64,000 bases of DNA, taken from NCBI GenBank assembly GCA_038227875.1, contig JBBRPR010000004.1, forward strand, positions 32,001-96,000. Direction: 5' to 3'. The position numbers and the translations under genes were made by a program. This stretch comes from Planctomycetota bacterium (GTDB lineage: Bacteria; Planctomycetota; SZUA-567; H5-PLA8). Under the pieces are notes generated by a model that saw only the letters and a list, made by a program, of their open reading frames with translations, searched no databases and was not told where the DNA came from. Position 1 is the first letter of the stretch. Each line of letters starts with the position of its first letter. Shown piece after piece: positions 39,137-52,804 of the stretch.

Positions 39137-41518
39137 ATGCGCTGCACGCTCCCCTTATTCGCACTGAGCCTGGCGATTGCCACTGGGCTGGCCGCAGCCG
39201 AGGGGCCTCTTACCCTCGTCGCCGATAAAGACTACCCGCCGCTGATTTATCTCGACCGCGACGTTCCCAAGGGCATGTTCGTTGACCTGACCCGCGCGTT
39301 GTCAAAAAAGATGGGCCGGGAAATTCGAATCGAATTAATGGCCTGGGACCAGGCTCAGAAAGAAACCGTCGATGGCCATGCCGATATCGTCGGGCCCATG
39401 GCCCATTCCAAACAGCGCGACGAGCTCTTCGATTTCTCGCAGTCGTGCCTGACGTGCGAATACTCCCTGTTTGTGCGCGACAATGAAATGTCCATTCGCA
39501 GCGTCGACGATCTGGCCGGCGTGCAGGTGGGTGTGACGACCGGTGGTTATCCCCGCCAGCTGCTGGCTGAAAAGTCCGGGGTCGAGCTTGTCCTGGTGGA
39601 GAACTACGGTGAAGGCATCGAACTGCTGCGGCAGGGCAAGATCCGCGTGCTCGCCGCCGATCGCTGGGTCGGTGCGTATTACATCCAGGAGCGCGGAGTT
39701 CAGGGCATTTCGATTCTCGACAAGCCCATGGCCGTGCGCGAGCTGGCCTACGCCGTCAAAAAGGGCAACACGGCGCTGCTCAACAAGCTGAACCGCGGCC
39801 TGAGCGAACTTCGCGCCGAAGGCGCCACCGATGCCATCGCCGGAAACTGGGAGCCGAAGAAGGTTGTGATCCTCACCCAGGAAAACATGCGGCGATCGCT
39901 GCTGCTGGGGGGATGCGTCCTGGCTGCGCTGCTGATCGCGGCCTTGTCGATCTGGATCCACCTGCTGCGGCGCGAAGTCCGGCAGCGGCGGCGCGCCGAA
40001 GCGGAGCTCGCCGGTTACCGCGGCCAGCTGGAAGACCTCGTGCGCCAGCGCACCGACGCGCTCGAAAAGGAAATCACGGAACGCAAACGGATCGAAGAAG
40101 CGCTGCGGCTGGCCAAGGACGGCGCGGACGCGGCCAGCAATGCCAAGAGCGCGTTTCTAGCCAGCATGTCGCACGAGATTCGCACGCCGCTCAACGCCAT
40201 TCTCGGCTACGCGCATCTCCTCAAGCGCGACATCGAGCTCTCGAAGAAGCACACGCAGGCGCTGGCCTCGATTTCCAGCAGCGGCGAACACCTGCTCGAT
40301 CTGCTCAGCGACATCCTGGCCATGTCCAGCATCGAAGCCGGCCGCACCACGCTGGACGAAGATGTCTTCGATCTCCACGAACTGCTGCGCACGCTGGAAA
40401 GCATGTTCAGTCTGCGCGTGCGCGAGAAGGGCCTGGTCTTCTCGGTGGAAATGGAGCCCGGGCTGCCGCGCCATGTCAGCGCCGATCAGCGCAAGTTGCG
40501 GCAGATCCTGTTCAACCTGCTCTCGAATGCCGTCCGTTTTTCTGATCGTGGAACGGTCACGTTGCGCGTGCGTGCGCGGGATGGCGTGCTTGAATTCGAC
40601 GTCGAAGACTCCGGACCGGGCATGTCGCCGGCCGAACAAGCGGCGCTGTTCAGGCCGTTCTCGCAGACCGAATCCGGACGCCGTAAATACGGTGGTGCGG
40701 GGTTGGGTCTGGCGATCAGCCGGGGGTTCGTTGAGTTAATGGGCGGACACATCGGGGTGCGCAGCGAGCCGGGCAAGGGGAGTTGTTTCCAGTTCTCCGT
40801 CCGCGCCCGGCGCGTGGAAAAGGAGCCATCTCTGCGAGAGCCGGATCAGATCGTCCGCCTCCGGTCCACGTTGAAACCGCCGCGCGTGCTGGTAGTGGAA
40901 GACCATCCCGAAAGCCGGAAACTTCTGATCGAGCTGCAACGCTCCGCCGGTTTTGATGTACGCGGCGCAGGCGATGGCCGGGAGGCCATCCGCATCTGGG
41001 ACGAATGGCGGCCGCATTTCATCTGGATGGATATGAATCTGCCAGTCCTGGACGGTTACCAGTCGACGCGCGAAATTCTCGCCAAGGACGCGACGAAGCA
41101 GACGGTGATCGTCGCGCTGACCGCCAGCGTTTTCGAAGAAGACCGCGCGCGTATTCTCGCCAGCGGCTGCGCCGACTTCATGACCAAGCCCTTCAGCGAG
41201 CAGGCCATCTTCGCGTGCCTGGAGAAACATCTGCACGTCGAATACGAACGGGAAGCGACGCCGCCATCCGGCAACGAATCGCTGGAGACCATCGCCGCAA
41301 AAATGGAGGCCTTGCCCAAAGAACTTTTCGACCGCATCCGACGCCACACGCGAATGCTCGACGCCGCCGCGCTGACGGATCTGGCCGACAACCTTGCCGC
41401 TGAGCACCCGGTCGTTTCGCAATTTCTAAAACACAGCGCGGAGCAACTGGACTTCGCCGCGTTGGAAGCGGTAATCAGCAGCCACGAGCAGCGCGCGTCA
41501 GATTCTTTTCAGCCTTAA
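39137..41518 (+). CDS. Hybrid sensor histidine kinase with periplasmic solute-binding sensor and receiver
   Basis: DYPP SBP domain, TM, SHEIRTPLN, GAGLGLAI and WMDMNLP...KP. Confidence 0.92.
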   Translation: MRCTLPLFALSLAIATGLAAAEGPLTLVADKDYPPLIYLDRDVPKGMFVDLTRALSKKMGREIRIELMAWDQAQKETVDGHADIVGPMAHSKQRDELFDFSQSCLTCEYSLFVRDNEMSIRSVDDLAGVQVGVTTGGYPRQLLAEKSGVELVLVENYGEGIELLRQGKIRVLAADRWVGAYYIQERGVQGISILDKPMAVRELAYAVKKGNTALLNKLNRGLSELRAEGATDAIAGNWEPKKVVILTQENMRRSLLLGGCVLAALLIAALSIWIHLLRREVRQRRRAEAELAGYRGQLEDLVRQRTDALEKEITERKRIEEALRLAKDGADAASNAKSAFLASMSHEIRTPLNAILGYAHLLKRDIELSKKHTQALASISSSGEHLLDLLSDILAMSSIEAGRTTLDEDVFDLHELLRTLESMFSLRVREKGLVFSVEMEPGLPRHVSADQRKLRQILFNLLSNAVRFSDRGTVTLRVRARDGVLEFDVEDSGPGMSPAEQAALFRPFSQTESGRRKYGGAGLGLAISRGFVELMGGHIGVRSEPGKGSCFQFSVRARRVEKEPSLREPDQIVRLRSTLKPPRVLVVEDHPESRKLLIELQRSAGFDVRGAGDGREAIRIWDEWRPHFIWMDMNLPVLDGYQSTREILAKDATKQTVIVALTASVFEEDRARILASGCADFMTKPFSEQAIFACLEKHLHVEYEREATPPSGNESLETIAAKMEALPKELFDRIRRHTRMLDAAALTDLADNLAAEHPVVSQFLKHSAEQLDFAALEAVISSHEQRASDSFQP

Positions 41519-41745
41519 ACGCTCGGCGTACGACGGCATATTTGCTGAGTATAGCGACTCGTGATTATCGGACCCGCTGAGATCGGAAAAATTCGCACGG
41601 CCAATGCGGCAGATTTTTCTGTCTCGGCGGTAATTTGACGATAAACTTTTAATTTCGATCATGCACCTTGCCATTCATGTCGCCCACCGGAATAAACCTC
41701 TGCACGCGCGCAATTGTATCAATGACACTTTGGAGACATTCCGCC

Positions 41746-44700
41746 ATGCCCGCCGCTCTGCTGCGTCCTTTTGTCGTGCTGTTCGTCCTCACCGCGCTTC
41801 CGCTTTGGGCTGCTGACTATTACGTTGACATCGCGATCGGCAGTAATGCGTTCGACGGTGTGAGCCCTACCGTCGGCGGGGGGCACGGCCCCAAGTTGAC
41901 CGTCAATGCCGCTATTGGCATCGCGACAGGCGGAGATACGATTCACATCGCCGCCGGCACGTATGTTGAACAAGTGTCGCTGACCACCAATCTCACTCTG
42001 CTGGGCGCCGGCAGCGGCAGCACGACCTTGAAACTGCCCGCCGCGCCGACGACCAATGTTCTGGGTACCGACTACGCCGTCGTCTTCGCCGGAGCCTCCG
42101 GCGCGAATGTGACGCTGCAATCGCTCACGATCCAGGGACCCGGCCCGAACGGCGGTCCGGCGCTCTACGGAATTTTCGCGGGTAACACGACCCACCTGAT
42201 CGTCACCGATTGCATCGTCCGTGACATCACCGACAACCCGTTCGGCGGCGTGCAGCACGGCAATGCCATTCAAGTCGGCCGCAACGCGCTGGCGCAAGCG
42301 GCCACGGCGACAATCACAAATGTGCAGGTCATCAATTATCAGAAGACCGGCATCATCGTCGACGGCCCGGGCAGTAACGCGTCCATCATCAATTGCCAGA
42401 TCACCGGCGTTGGTCCGACCGGCGCCATCGCTCAGAATGGAATTCAAATCAGCCGCACCGCCACGGCGACAATCAGTGGCACGACGGTGACGGGCAACTA
42501 CTACACCAACGGCGTCGCTTCGTGCGACGTTCTGCTTTTCCAGAACGGCGCAGTCTCCATCGATACCAGCACATTTACGGGCTCGAACGTCGCCGTGGAT
42601 GTCACCCAGAGTTCCGCCACCGGCACCGTCGGCCTGACCGGATGCACGCTCGGCACGTCGCTCAGCGGCAACGATGAAGGCTTGGCGACCGATCAAGCGG
42701 GCGCGGCAGTGACCGTTACCGGCTCCACCTTCACCAACAACAGCATCCAGAACATTGATATCACCGATACAGCCGGTAAGGGGATCACCTTCTCCGGCGG
42801 CAATACCATCACCGGCGGCGCGTCGGGTATTTCAGTCAGCGGCAGTCCCGTATTGAGTCTGGGCGATACGTCTTTCAACGGACAGTCCGGCAATGTGATT
42901 ACCTTGGCCGCTGGCGCGCTCGCCACTAAGACACTCGACGCCACCGGCATCAGCGTGAATGGCGCAGCAGTCTCCGGCCTCACCACTACTCAGCTTCTGG
43001 CGCTCGAAGACCGCATTTCTCACGGCGTCGATACACTCGGCGAAGGTCTCGTGCGCGTGAAGGCTGCGCAGCTTTTCGTCACGCAGGCCAGCGGCAGCAT
43101 TCAGCGCGCAATTGACCTCGCCAGCGCCGGCGATTCCGTCTTCGTCGGGCCGGGCACGTTCAACGAAAACGTCACCGTCAACAAACTCCTGACGCTCCAG
43201 GGCTCCGGCGCGGGCAGCGATCCAACCACCAACACCGTCGTCTCGAATGGCGGCAATGTCATCACCGTCACCGCTGGCGGCACAGACAGTACTCACCAGA
43301 CCACGCTGCGAGCGCTGTACATTACGGGCGGCGCGTACGGCGTCGTCGTCAACAGCACGCTCGGCTTTCTGACGCTGGATACGATCACCGCCACGAAGCT
43401 CGGCCAGTACGGCGTCTTCGTGGGGCCCAATGCCATTCTCAACGCCGTCACGCTGCTTAATTGTAATCTCTCGGCGAACAACACCAATCTGCAGGCCGAA
43501 CAGGCCGGCCTCTGGATCGACGGCGCCATCGACGGCCTGACGATCACCAACGGCCACTTCGACAGCAACACTTATGGTCTGTACACGCGCCAGTTGCCCG
43601 TACCAGCCAATCCGCTCCGCCCGCTAACCAACGTGCTGATCACCAACACCACGTTCAGCACCAATTTCTCCAAAGGCATCTACGCCGAAAAGCTCGATCA
43701 CGCCACGCTCACCAACATCGTCGTCGACGGCAGCGGCTACAGCAGACCGCAGTCGGCCGCACCCGATCCGCTGGCCTTCTTCGTGCCGCCGGCCGGAATC
43801 GACATCAACCTGAAGTACTCGACCTACACCTCTATCGTGCTGAACAACGCGACGGTGACCAACTGCGGCGCCAACAATCCCACGCAGGCCAGCGCGGTGG
43901 CGATCAAGGGCCGCGATGACCCCAGCAATTACAACACCAACCCCGCGCTGCTCAACGGCGTTCAGATCGTCGGCGGCACGTTCCAGACTCCGCCGTACGC
44001 TGCCCGTCCCGCGTTTTCGTTCGGAAACAACGCGACCAACATCGTCTTCTCCGGCGGCGTGAATGTCACCGGCACCGGCGTCGGCGTCAGCAGCTACATC
44101 AACAGCGGCGGCACGATCGACCTGGGCAACACCAGCCTCGCCAACACGCTGGCTCAGTATATTCAAAGCCTCACCACCGCCACGATCACCGCCAGCGGCG
44201 TGAACTTCAACGTCAGCGACGATTTCGCGATCGAAGACAAGATCCTCCACGCCGTCGACGCCCCGGGCCTGGGCGTCGTGCGCTGGAAGTCGGGGAACAT
44301 CTTCGTCACCGTCAATTCGTTCTCCGCGCCCACCACGACCACGCCCAGCCTGCAGCGCGCGGTCGATGCCGCGCTCAGCGGCGACACCGTCCACGTTCAG
44401 GCCGGCACCTACGGCGCGCAGAGCGTCACCTTCTCCGCCAAGGCCGTGACGTTGAGCGGCCCCAACGCCGGCGTGGATCCCAACGTCGGCTCGCGCGGCG
44501 CGGAAGCCATCGTCAACGGTGCGTCCCTCTTTACACTTTCCAATGGCAGCAGCGCGGCCGTGACCATCGATGGCCTCACCTTCGATCAAGTCACCGGCAG
44601 CACCGGCGTCATCACCGCCAGCGGTAGCGCCGACAGCGTGACCGTGCGCTGCAACCGCTTCCTCTCTCCGGCGCCCGCCGCGGTAAATCTCTCTGGCGCC

Positions 44701-46728
44701 ACGCGGTCGAACTGGACCATCACCCAGAATCGCATCACCACCGTTCAAGGCACGTCCGCCGGCGCGTTCTCCGCCAGCGGTCCGTCGGGCCTGCAGCTCT
44801 CCAACCTGAACGGCCTGACCTGCAGCTACAATTTCATCAGCGGCACGCCCAACAGCGGCATTCTGGCGGATGCTCTCGTCAGCAGCGCGATCACGGGAAA
44901 TCGCGTCCTCAACGTTCCGCAGGCCGGCATCCAGTTAAGCGGCACGTCCAACACCGTGAACGTCGCCTTCAACGAGATCAGCAACGCGAACATCAATCAG
45001 AGCACCGCCGACATGGGCGGCATCCGCCTGAACGCGCAGACGTTCACCGGAGCCGTCACCGTGCAGAACAACATCGTCGCCGGTTCGGTCAACGCCGTCG
45101 CCATCGCCGACGCGGGTAACAACGTCTCCAACGGTTTCACGACTGTCCGCAACAACAACCTCTCCGCCAATACGCGCGGCGTCTACCGCGCCGCCGGCGG
45201 CACTGGCACGCTGAACGCGCAATCCAATTGGTGGGGCAGCCCGCAGGGCCCTGTTGACCCGTCGAATCCCTCCGGCCAGGGCGTTGCCGTCAGCCCCGGC
45301 GTCACGTTCAGTCCGTTCCTGATCGACGGCACCGACACCGCGCCGCTGGATCCGACGACCTTCACCAGCCTCCAGAACAGCGTCGGCTTCCAGCCCAACA
45401 CCGGCCTCAGCGGCTCGGCGCAGCGCCTGGTCTTCACCACGCAGCCTGTTGGCAGCCTCGCCGGTTCGCCGTTGACCACCCAGCCGGTCGTGCAGGTGCA
45501 GGACGTCAACGGTAACGTCGCCACCAGCTTTACTGGGTTCATCGCCGTCTTCCTCGCCACAAATCCTTCGGGAGCCACGTTGACCGGCACGACGGTGCTC
45601 ACCGTTACCTCCGGCACCGCCACATTCACGAACTTGAATCTCGATCAGCCCGGCACCGGCTACCAGCTGCTGGCGATGTCCAGCGGCAATCTTGCCGCGT
45701 CGCTCAGCGCCACGTTTAACGTGCAAGCCGTCTTCAATCCCCTCCCGACCCTCACCAGCCTCTCGCCCAACAGCACCACCGCCGGCAGCCAGCCGCTGGC
45801 CCTGACCGTGACCGGCACGAACTTCATGTCCGCCTCAAAGGTACTCTTCGGAGGCCAGCCGCGCCCCACGATTTATTTGAGCTCCACGCAGCTGATCGCC
45901 GTGCTGCCCGACACCGACCTGGCCACCGCCGGCACGTTCACCATTGCTGTGAATTCCCCTGCACCCGGCGGCGGCACGACTGCGACGCTGGCATTCACTG
46001 TGAATCCTGTGACGGTACCCAACGCGCCGCCGCTGATGATCAGCCCCGCCAGCGCGACGCCCAATCCCGCCGCGCCCGGCCAGCTGGTGACGCTCAGCGC
46101 CGCCGCGGTTGATCCGGAAAATCAGTCGATGACCTACGCCTGGAATTTCGGCGACGGCGTCGCTGCCGGGGGTTCAACAGTCACCCACACCTTTACGGCG
46201 CCCGGCATCTACACCGTGAAAGTGATCGTCACCGATTCCGCCGGCGGCACGACCAATAGCCTCGTAACCGTAACGGTGGCTGCTGCTGCCACGGCGCCCA
46301 ACGAGACGATGACGCTGAAGTCCGCGAAGTTCAAGACCGTCACGCTCGCGCCGGCCAAAGGCACCGCGCAGGTCGCCGGCTCGTTCATCATGCCCACCGG
46401 AGTCACCACGCTTGCCGGCTCCGCGACGATCCTGATCAACGGCAAAACGCAGACATTCACCGTCGGAGCGACGGGCAAAGCCAAGGTCGGCAAGACGACA
46501 CTGACGATCAAGGGCAAACTGAAGAAAGGCGTGTTGAGCTCGTCGAGCGTCACGTTCGCGTTCAAGGATTTCGGCGACTACAGCACAGTGCTGATCAACG
46601 GAGGCCGCCCCGCGGGGACCTCCGGTGCGTCACTGATCGATGTCCAGCTGACCTACGCCGGCAAGACCTACGAAGGCACGCTCCAAGTCACCGTCACCGT
46701 GGGTAAAACGGGCAGCGCTGCGAAATAA
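41746..46728 (+). CDS. Large secreted protein: three beta-helix (pectin-lyase-like) modules, Ig/IPT, PKD, Lys-rich C-terminal domain
   Basis: Signal peptide, three AI..A..GD.V.V..GTY caps, Asn ladders and PKD YAWNFGDG. Confidence 0.85.
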   Translation: MPAALLRPFVVLFVLTALPLWAADYYVDIAIGSNAFDGVSPTVGGGHGPKLTVNAAIGIATGGDTIHIAAGTYVEQVSLTTNLTLLGAGSGSTTLKLPAAPTTNVLGTDYAVVFAGASGANVTLQSLTIQGPGPNGGPALYGIFAGNTTHLIVTDCIVRDITDNPFGGVQHGNAIQVGRNALAQAATATITNVQVINYQKTGIIVDGPGSNASIINCQITGVGPTGAIAQNGIQISRTATATISGTTVTGNYYTNGVASCDVLLFQNGAVSIDTSTFTGSNVAVDVTQSSATGTVGLTGCTLGTSLSGNDEGLATDQAGAAVTVTGSTFTNNSIQNIDITDTAGKGITFSGGNTITGGASGISVSGSPVLSLGDTSFNGQSGNVITLAAGALATKTLDATGISVNGAAVSGLTTTQLLALEDRISHGVDTLGEGLVRVKAAQLFVTQASGSIQRAIDLASAGDSVFVGPGTFNENVTVNKLLTLQGSGAGSDPTTNTVVSNGGNVITVTAGGTDSTHQTTLRALYITGGAYGVVVNSTLGFLTLDTITATKLGQYGVFVGPNAILNAVTLLNCNLSANNTNLQAEQAGLWIDGAIDGLTITNGHFDSNTYGLYTRQLPVPANPLRPLTNVLITNTTFSTNFSKGIYAEKLDHATLTNIVVDGSGYSRPQSAAPDPLAFFVPPAGIDINLKYSTYTSIVLNNATVTNCGANNPTQASAVAIKGRDDPSNYNTNPALLNGVQIVGGTFQTPPYAARPAFSFGNNATNIVFSGGVNVTGTGVGVSSYINSGGTIDLGNTSLANTLAQYIQSLTTATITASGVNFNVSDDFAIEDKILHAVDAPGLGVVRWKSGNIFVTVNSFSAPTTTTPSLQRAVDAALSGDTVHVQAGTYGAQSVTFSAKAVTLSGPNAGVDPNVGSRGAEAIVNGASLFTLSNGSSAAVTIDGLTFDQVTGSTGVITASGSADSVTVRCNRFLSPAPAAVNLSGATRSNWTITQNRITTVQGTSAGAFSASGPSGLQLSNLNGLTCSYNFISGTPNSGILADALVSSAITGNRVLNVPQAGIQLSGTSNTVNVAFNEISNANINQSTADMGGIRLNAQTFTGAVTVQNNIVAGSVNAVAIADAGNNVSNGFTTVRNNNLSANTRGVYRAAGGTGTLNAQSNWWGSPQGPVDPSNPSGQGVAVSPGVTFSPFLIDGTDTAPLDPTTFTSLQNSVGFQPNTGLSGSAQRLVFTTQPVGSLAGSPLTTQPVVQVQDVNGNVATSFTGFIAVFLATNPSGATLTGTTVLTVTSGTATFTNLNLDQPGTGYQLLAMSSGNLAASLSATFNVQAVFNPLPTLTSLSPNSTTAGSQPLALTVTGTNFMSASKVLFGGQPRPTIYLSSTQLIAVLPDTDLATAGTFTIAVNSPAPGGGTTATLAFTVNPVTVPNAPPLMISPASATPNPAAPGQLVTLSAAAVDPENQSMTYAWNFGDGVAAGGSTVTHTFTAPGIYTVKVIVTDSAGGTTNSLVTVTVAAAATAPNETMTLKSAKFKTVTLAPAKGTAQVAGSFIMPTGVTTLAGSATILINGKTQTFTVGATGKAKVGKTTLTIKGKLKKGVLSSSSVTFAFKDFGDYSTVLINGGRPAGTSGASLIDVQLTYAGKTYEGTLQVTVTVGKTGSAAK

Positions 46729-46748
46729 AGACGACGACACACTGTGAA

Positions 46749-46764
46749 TGTTCCACGTGGAACG
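46749..46764. promoter_or_regulatory. parS-like centromere site
   Basis: TGTTCCACGTGGAACG, 15/16 match to TGTTCCACGTGGAACA. Confidence 0.75.
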
Positions 46765-46861
46765 TTCGCAGTGTGCGTCGTGGATTCGCAAAACCGTGAT
46801 GGAAAATTTTCCACCTCTCGAATGTGTACCGCTCCGAATGTCGTGGTCAGCACGCTGCTGC

Positions 46862-50629
<3,768 letters not shown>

Positions 50630-50674
50630 GAATGGGCCTCCGTGGAGCGATCTATGCGGATTGAACTGCGATCA

Positions 50675-50706
50675 CCGTTCTGTTCCACACCGGTGCCGAA
50701 CCTCAC
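50675..50706 (-). promoter_or_regulatory. Putative ECF promoter of the protease gene
   Basis: GTGAGGTTCG-N10-GGAACAGAACGG, the same motif and spacing as 52490-52521. Confidence 0.7.
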
Positions 50707-50883
50707 GCTGAAAATAGTAAAAAGTTCCACACTCCTGTTGTGTAATCGTAAGTACTTGATAATTATGATATTTATGATTTTATTCTTAGAGGTGACGGCA
50801 TCGTGGCGGGGTGATTGGCTAATGAAATCGCCGCGCCATTCCCTGGCGCGGCGAGCATAAAGAGTGTCGAAAAGAAGAATGCG

Positions 50884-51294
50884 TTAGCGGGAATTCTTGG
50901 CCTTGAAGACGGTCTTGGCAACGAGGTGACCATCGACTTCGGCGACCGTCAGGTAGACATTGTCGCCAGCCTTCAGTTCCGGAAGATCTTTGACGTCTTT
51001 GACGACGACATCGACTTCTTTGTCGTTGAGTCCCATCTTCTTGAACGCGATGGATAGCTTGAGCACGATCGAATCGGTGCCGGCTTTCACGACGGAACCG
51101 TTCATGGTGCCGCTGTAGCCTTTCAATTCCGTGGGCAAGGTGGCGGGCGTTGCGGCCACCGCAGGTGCGGCGTCTTTGTCGTCGCCGAACGCCTGGCTCT
51201 GCCCCATCGTCAAGACCGAGCGCGAACCGTTGAAATCCACGCTGACACTGCCGGCCAGCACGCTCACTGCCATGATCATTGCAGCACGCTTCAT
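50884..51294 (-). CDS. Putative nested in-frame secreted protein (136 aa) from an internal start in the FecR gene
   Basis: AAGGAG-N8-ATG, then MKRAAMIMAVSVLAG...QAFG|DDKD. Confidence 0.5.
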   Translation of the reverse strand: MKRAAMIMAVSVLAGSVSVDFNGSRSVLTMGQSQAFGDDKDAAPAVAATPATLPTELKGYSGTMNGSVVKAGTDSIVLKLSIAFKKMGLNDKEVDVVVKDVKDLPELKAGDNVYLTVAEVDGHLVAKTVFKAKNSR

Positions 51295-51942
51295 CGTCGT
51301 TTCTCCTTGAGTGTTTTGTCCTTTGGGTTGAAGTTCAACGGAGAACTGCGTGCCCAGGACAGTGATCAGACCGACTTCCGTACTCACACGAAATGCGTGT
51401 TCCGCATCTGGTGCCTTTTGAATCTGAAAGCTCGCCTTGCCTGATTTCAGTTCCACGCTGCGGGAATGCAGAATGCTGGAACTCGACGATGCCAGATCCA
51501 TCATCGAGCCGTCGGGAAAGCGGATCGTGGCCGCGTTGCCGGCGTCGCAGGCCACGACTGAACTGTCGCTGATCGAGCCATCCCGCTTCTCATTCACCAG
51601 CGCCGAGCCGGACACCAGCTCAAATCCGCCGTGCGGTTTCACGGCCATGTTCGCCAGATAGAAGTAGGTCGCGCCGGCGCAGAAAAGCAGCACCGCCGCC
51701 GCCGACCAGGCCAGATACCGCCGCGCCGGCAACGGCGTGACGCGGGGCGGAGCAGAGCGGGGGAGTTCCGGCGCCGCTGCGCTGACTTTCAGCGCTTCGA
51801 CCAGCGTCGCCGTGCCCACGAACTCGTCGTAGAGGCGTTCGCGGTTGGCCGGTTCGGCCAGCAGGCGTTCGAGTTCCTTCAACTCGTCGGCGGTGATGGA
51901 TTCGTCGCGCCAGGCCAGCAGCAGTTCGTCGAGGGATTTCAT
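50884..51942 (-). CDS. FecR-domain anti-sigma factor
   Basis: N-terminal helical anti-sigma domain, TM, F.DGS...L...S, VLGTQFSV and V.VLAGSV.V. ATGA overlap with the sigma gene. Confidence 0.85.
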   Translation of the reverse strand: MKSLDELLLAWRDESITADELKELERLLAEPANRERLYDEFVGTATLVEALKVSAAAPELPRSAPPRVTPLPARRYLAWSAAAVLLFCAGATYFYLANMAVKPHGGFELVSGSALVNEKRDGSISDSSVVACDAGNAATIRFPDGSMMDLASSSSSILHSRSVELKSGKASFQIQKAPDAEHAFRVSTEVGLITVLGTQFSVELQPKGQNTQGETTMKRAAMIMAVSVLAGSVSVDFNGSRSVLTMGQSQAFGDDKDAAPAVAATPATLPTELKGYSGTMNGSVVKAGTDSIVLKLSIAFKKMGLNDKEVDVVVKDVKDLPELKAGDNVYLTVAEVDGHLVAKTVFKAKNSR

Positions 51943-52472
51943 ACGGTTCGATTCTCCCCCTGGATCCGGCGGGCCACACACTCGCGCAGGCCTTTGCGCA
52001 CGCGGCTGAGCAGCATCAGCACGGCTCCGTACGTCTGGCCCGACTGGCCGGCGATGACCGTCAACTGCACGCCCCGCTCGTAAACTTCCACCAGAAGCTG
52101 GCGCGATTTTTCGGGAAGGGCGCGCACGCATTCCAGCAGCGCGTTGCGGCGCGCCGTCCAGACGTTGTGCGAACCGGCCTGTTCATCAAACGCCTGCTCA
52201 ACGAGATCCAGCATGGAACTGTCGGGGATCACGCGGCTGGAGCGTTTCTCGCGCCAGTAATGGAGCACGAGATTGCGCGCCGTACCGCGGCACCAGGCGG
52301 CGAGGTCCTCGATCGCCACGCCGGTGCGGGAAGCTTCGGATAGTCGCAGCCAGACTTCCTGGAGAATGTCTTCGGCGGCATCCGGATCGCGGATCAATCC
52401 GGAGATGAAGGCCATCAGCACGTGGCGTTGAGCCAGGAACTGTGCGCCGAGGTTTTCAAGCTTTTCGGTCAT
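51939..52472 (-). CDS. ECF sigma-70 factor, Rhodopirellula/Verrucomicrobium type
   Basis: LMAFI..LIRD..AAEDILQEV, AWCRG.ARN and LSRVRK.LRECV. Confidence 0.9.
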   Translation of the reverse strand: MTEKLENLGAQFLAQRHVLMAFISGLIRDPDAAEDILQEVWLRLSEASRTGVAIEDLAAWCRGTARNLVLHYWREKRSSRVIPDSSMLDLVEQAFDEQAGSHNVWTARRNALLECVRALPEKSRQLLVEVYERGVQLTVIAGQSGQTYGAVLMLLSRVRKGLRECVARRIQGENRTV

Positions 52473-52489
52473 TCTCTCATGCTCTCCAC

Positions 52490-52521
52490 CCGTTCTGTTC
52501 CGCGTGGGGAACGAACCTAAC
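52490..52521 (-). promoter_or_regulatory. Putative autoregulated ECF promoter
   Basis: GTTAGGTTCG-N10-GGAACAGAACGG, ending 17 nt upstream of the sigma ATG. Confidence 0.7.
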
Positions 52522-52804
52522 AGGAATTCTCAGAATTAATGTCCTCGGCGTGGCACTTGATGCCTTTTTGCACGGATTGAGGTGCACAGATTTTTATGGT
52601 CTTTCACACTACACCGTGGCTGGGTTGCGCCGGTTTAGTTCAATACCCGATGAAGCACACTCGAACAAGATTCCCCGTCCACCTTGCCCAATCGTTTCAT
52701 CTACTATTGAAATGACGTTTTGCGTATATTCTGCAGGCCAGCCACCTCGAAATTGAAGTGTGGCTCGGCCGGTCGAACATGTGGGTGACACAGGCGACAC
52801 ATTT

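Noticed and set aside
51398..51428. Internal copy of the ECF promoter driving the nested FecR product
   Set aside because: TGTTCC is present, but the upstream-box-like GAATCT is 22 bp away rather than 17 and the AGAACGG part is missing.
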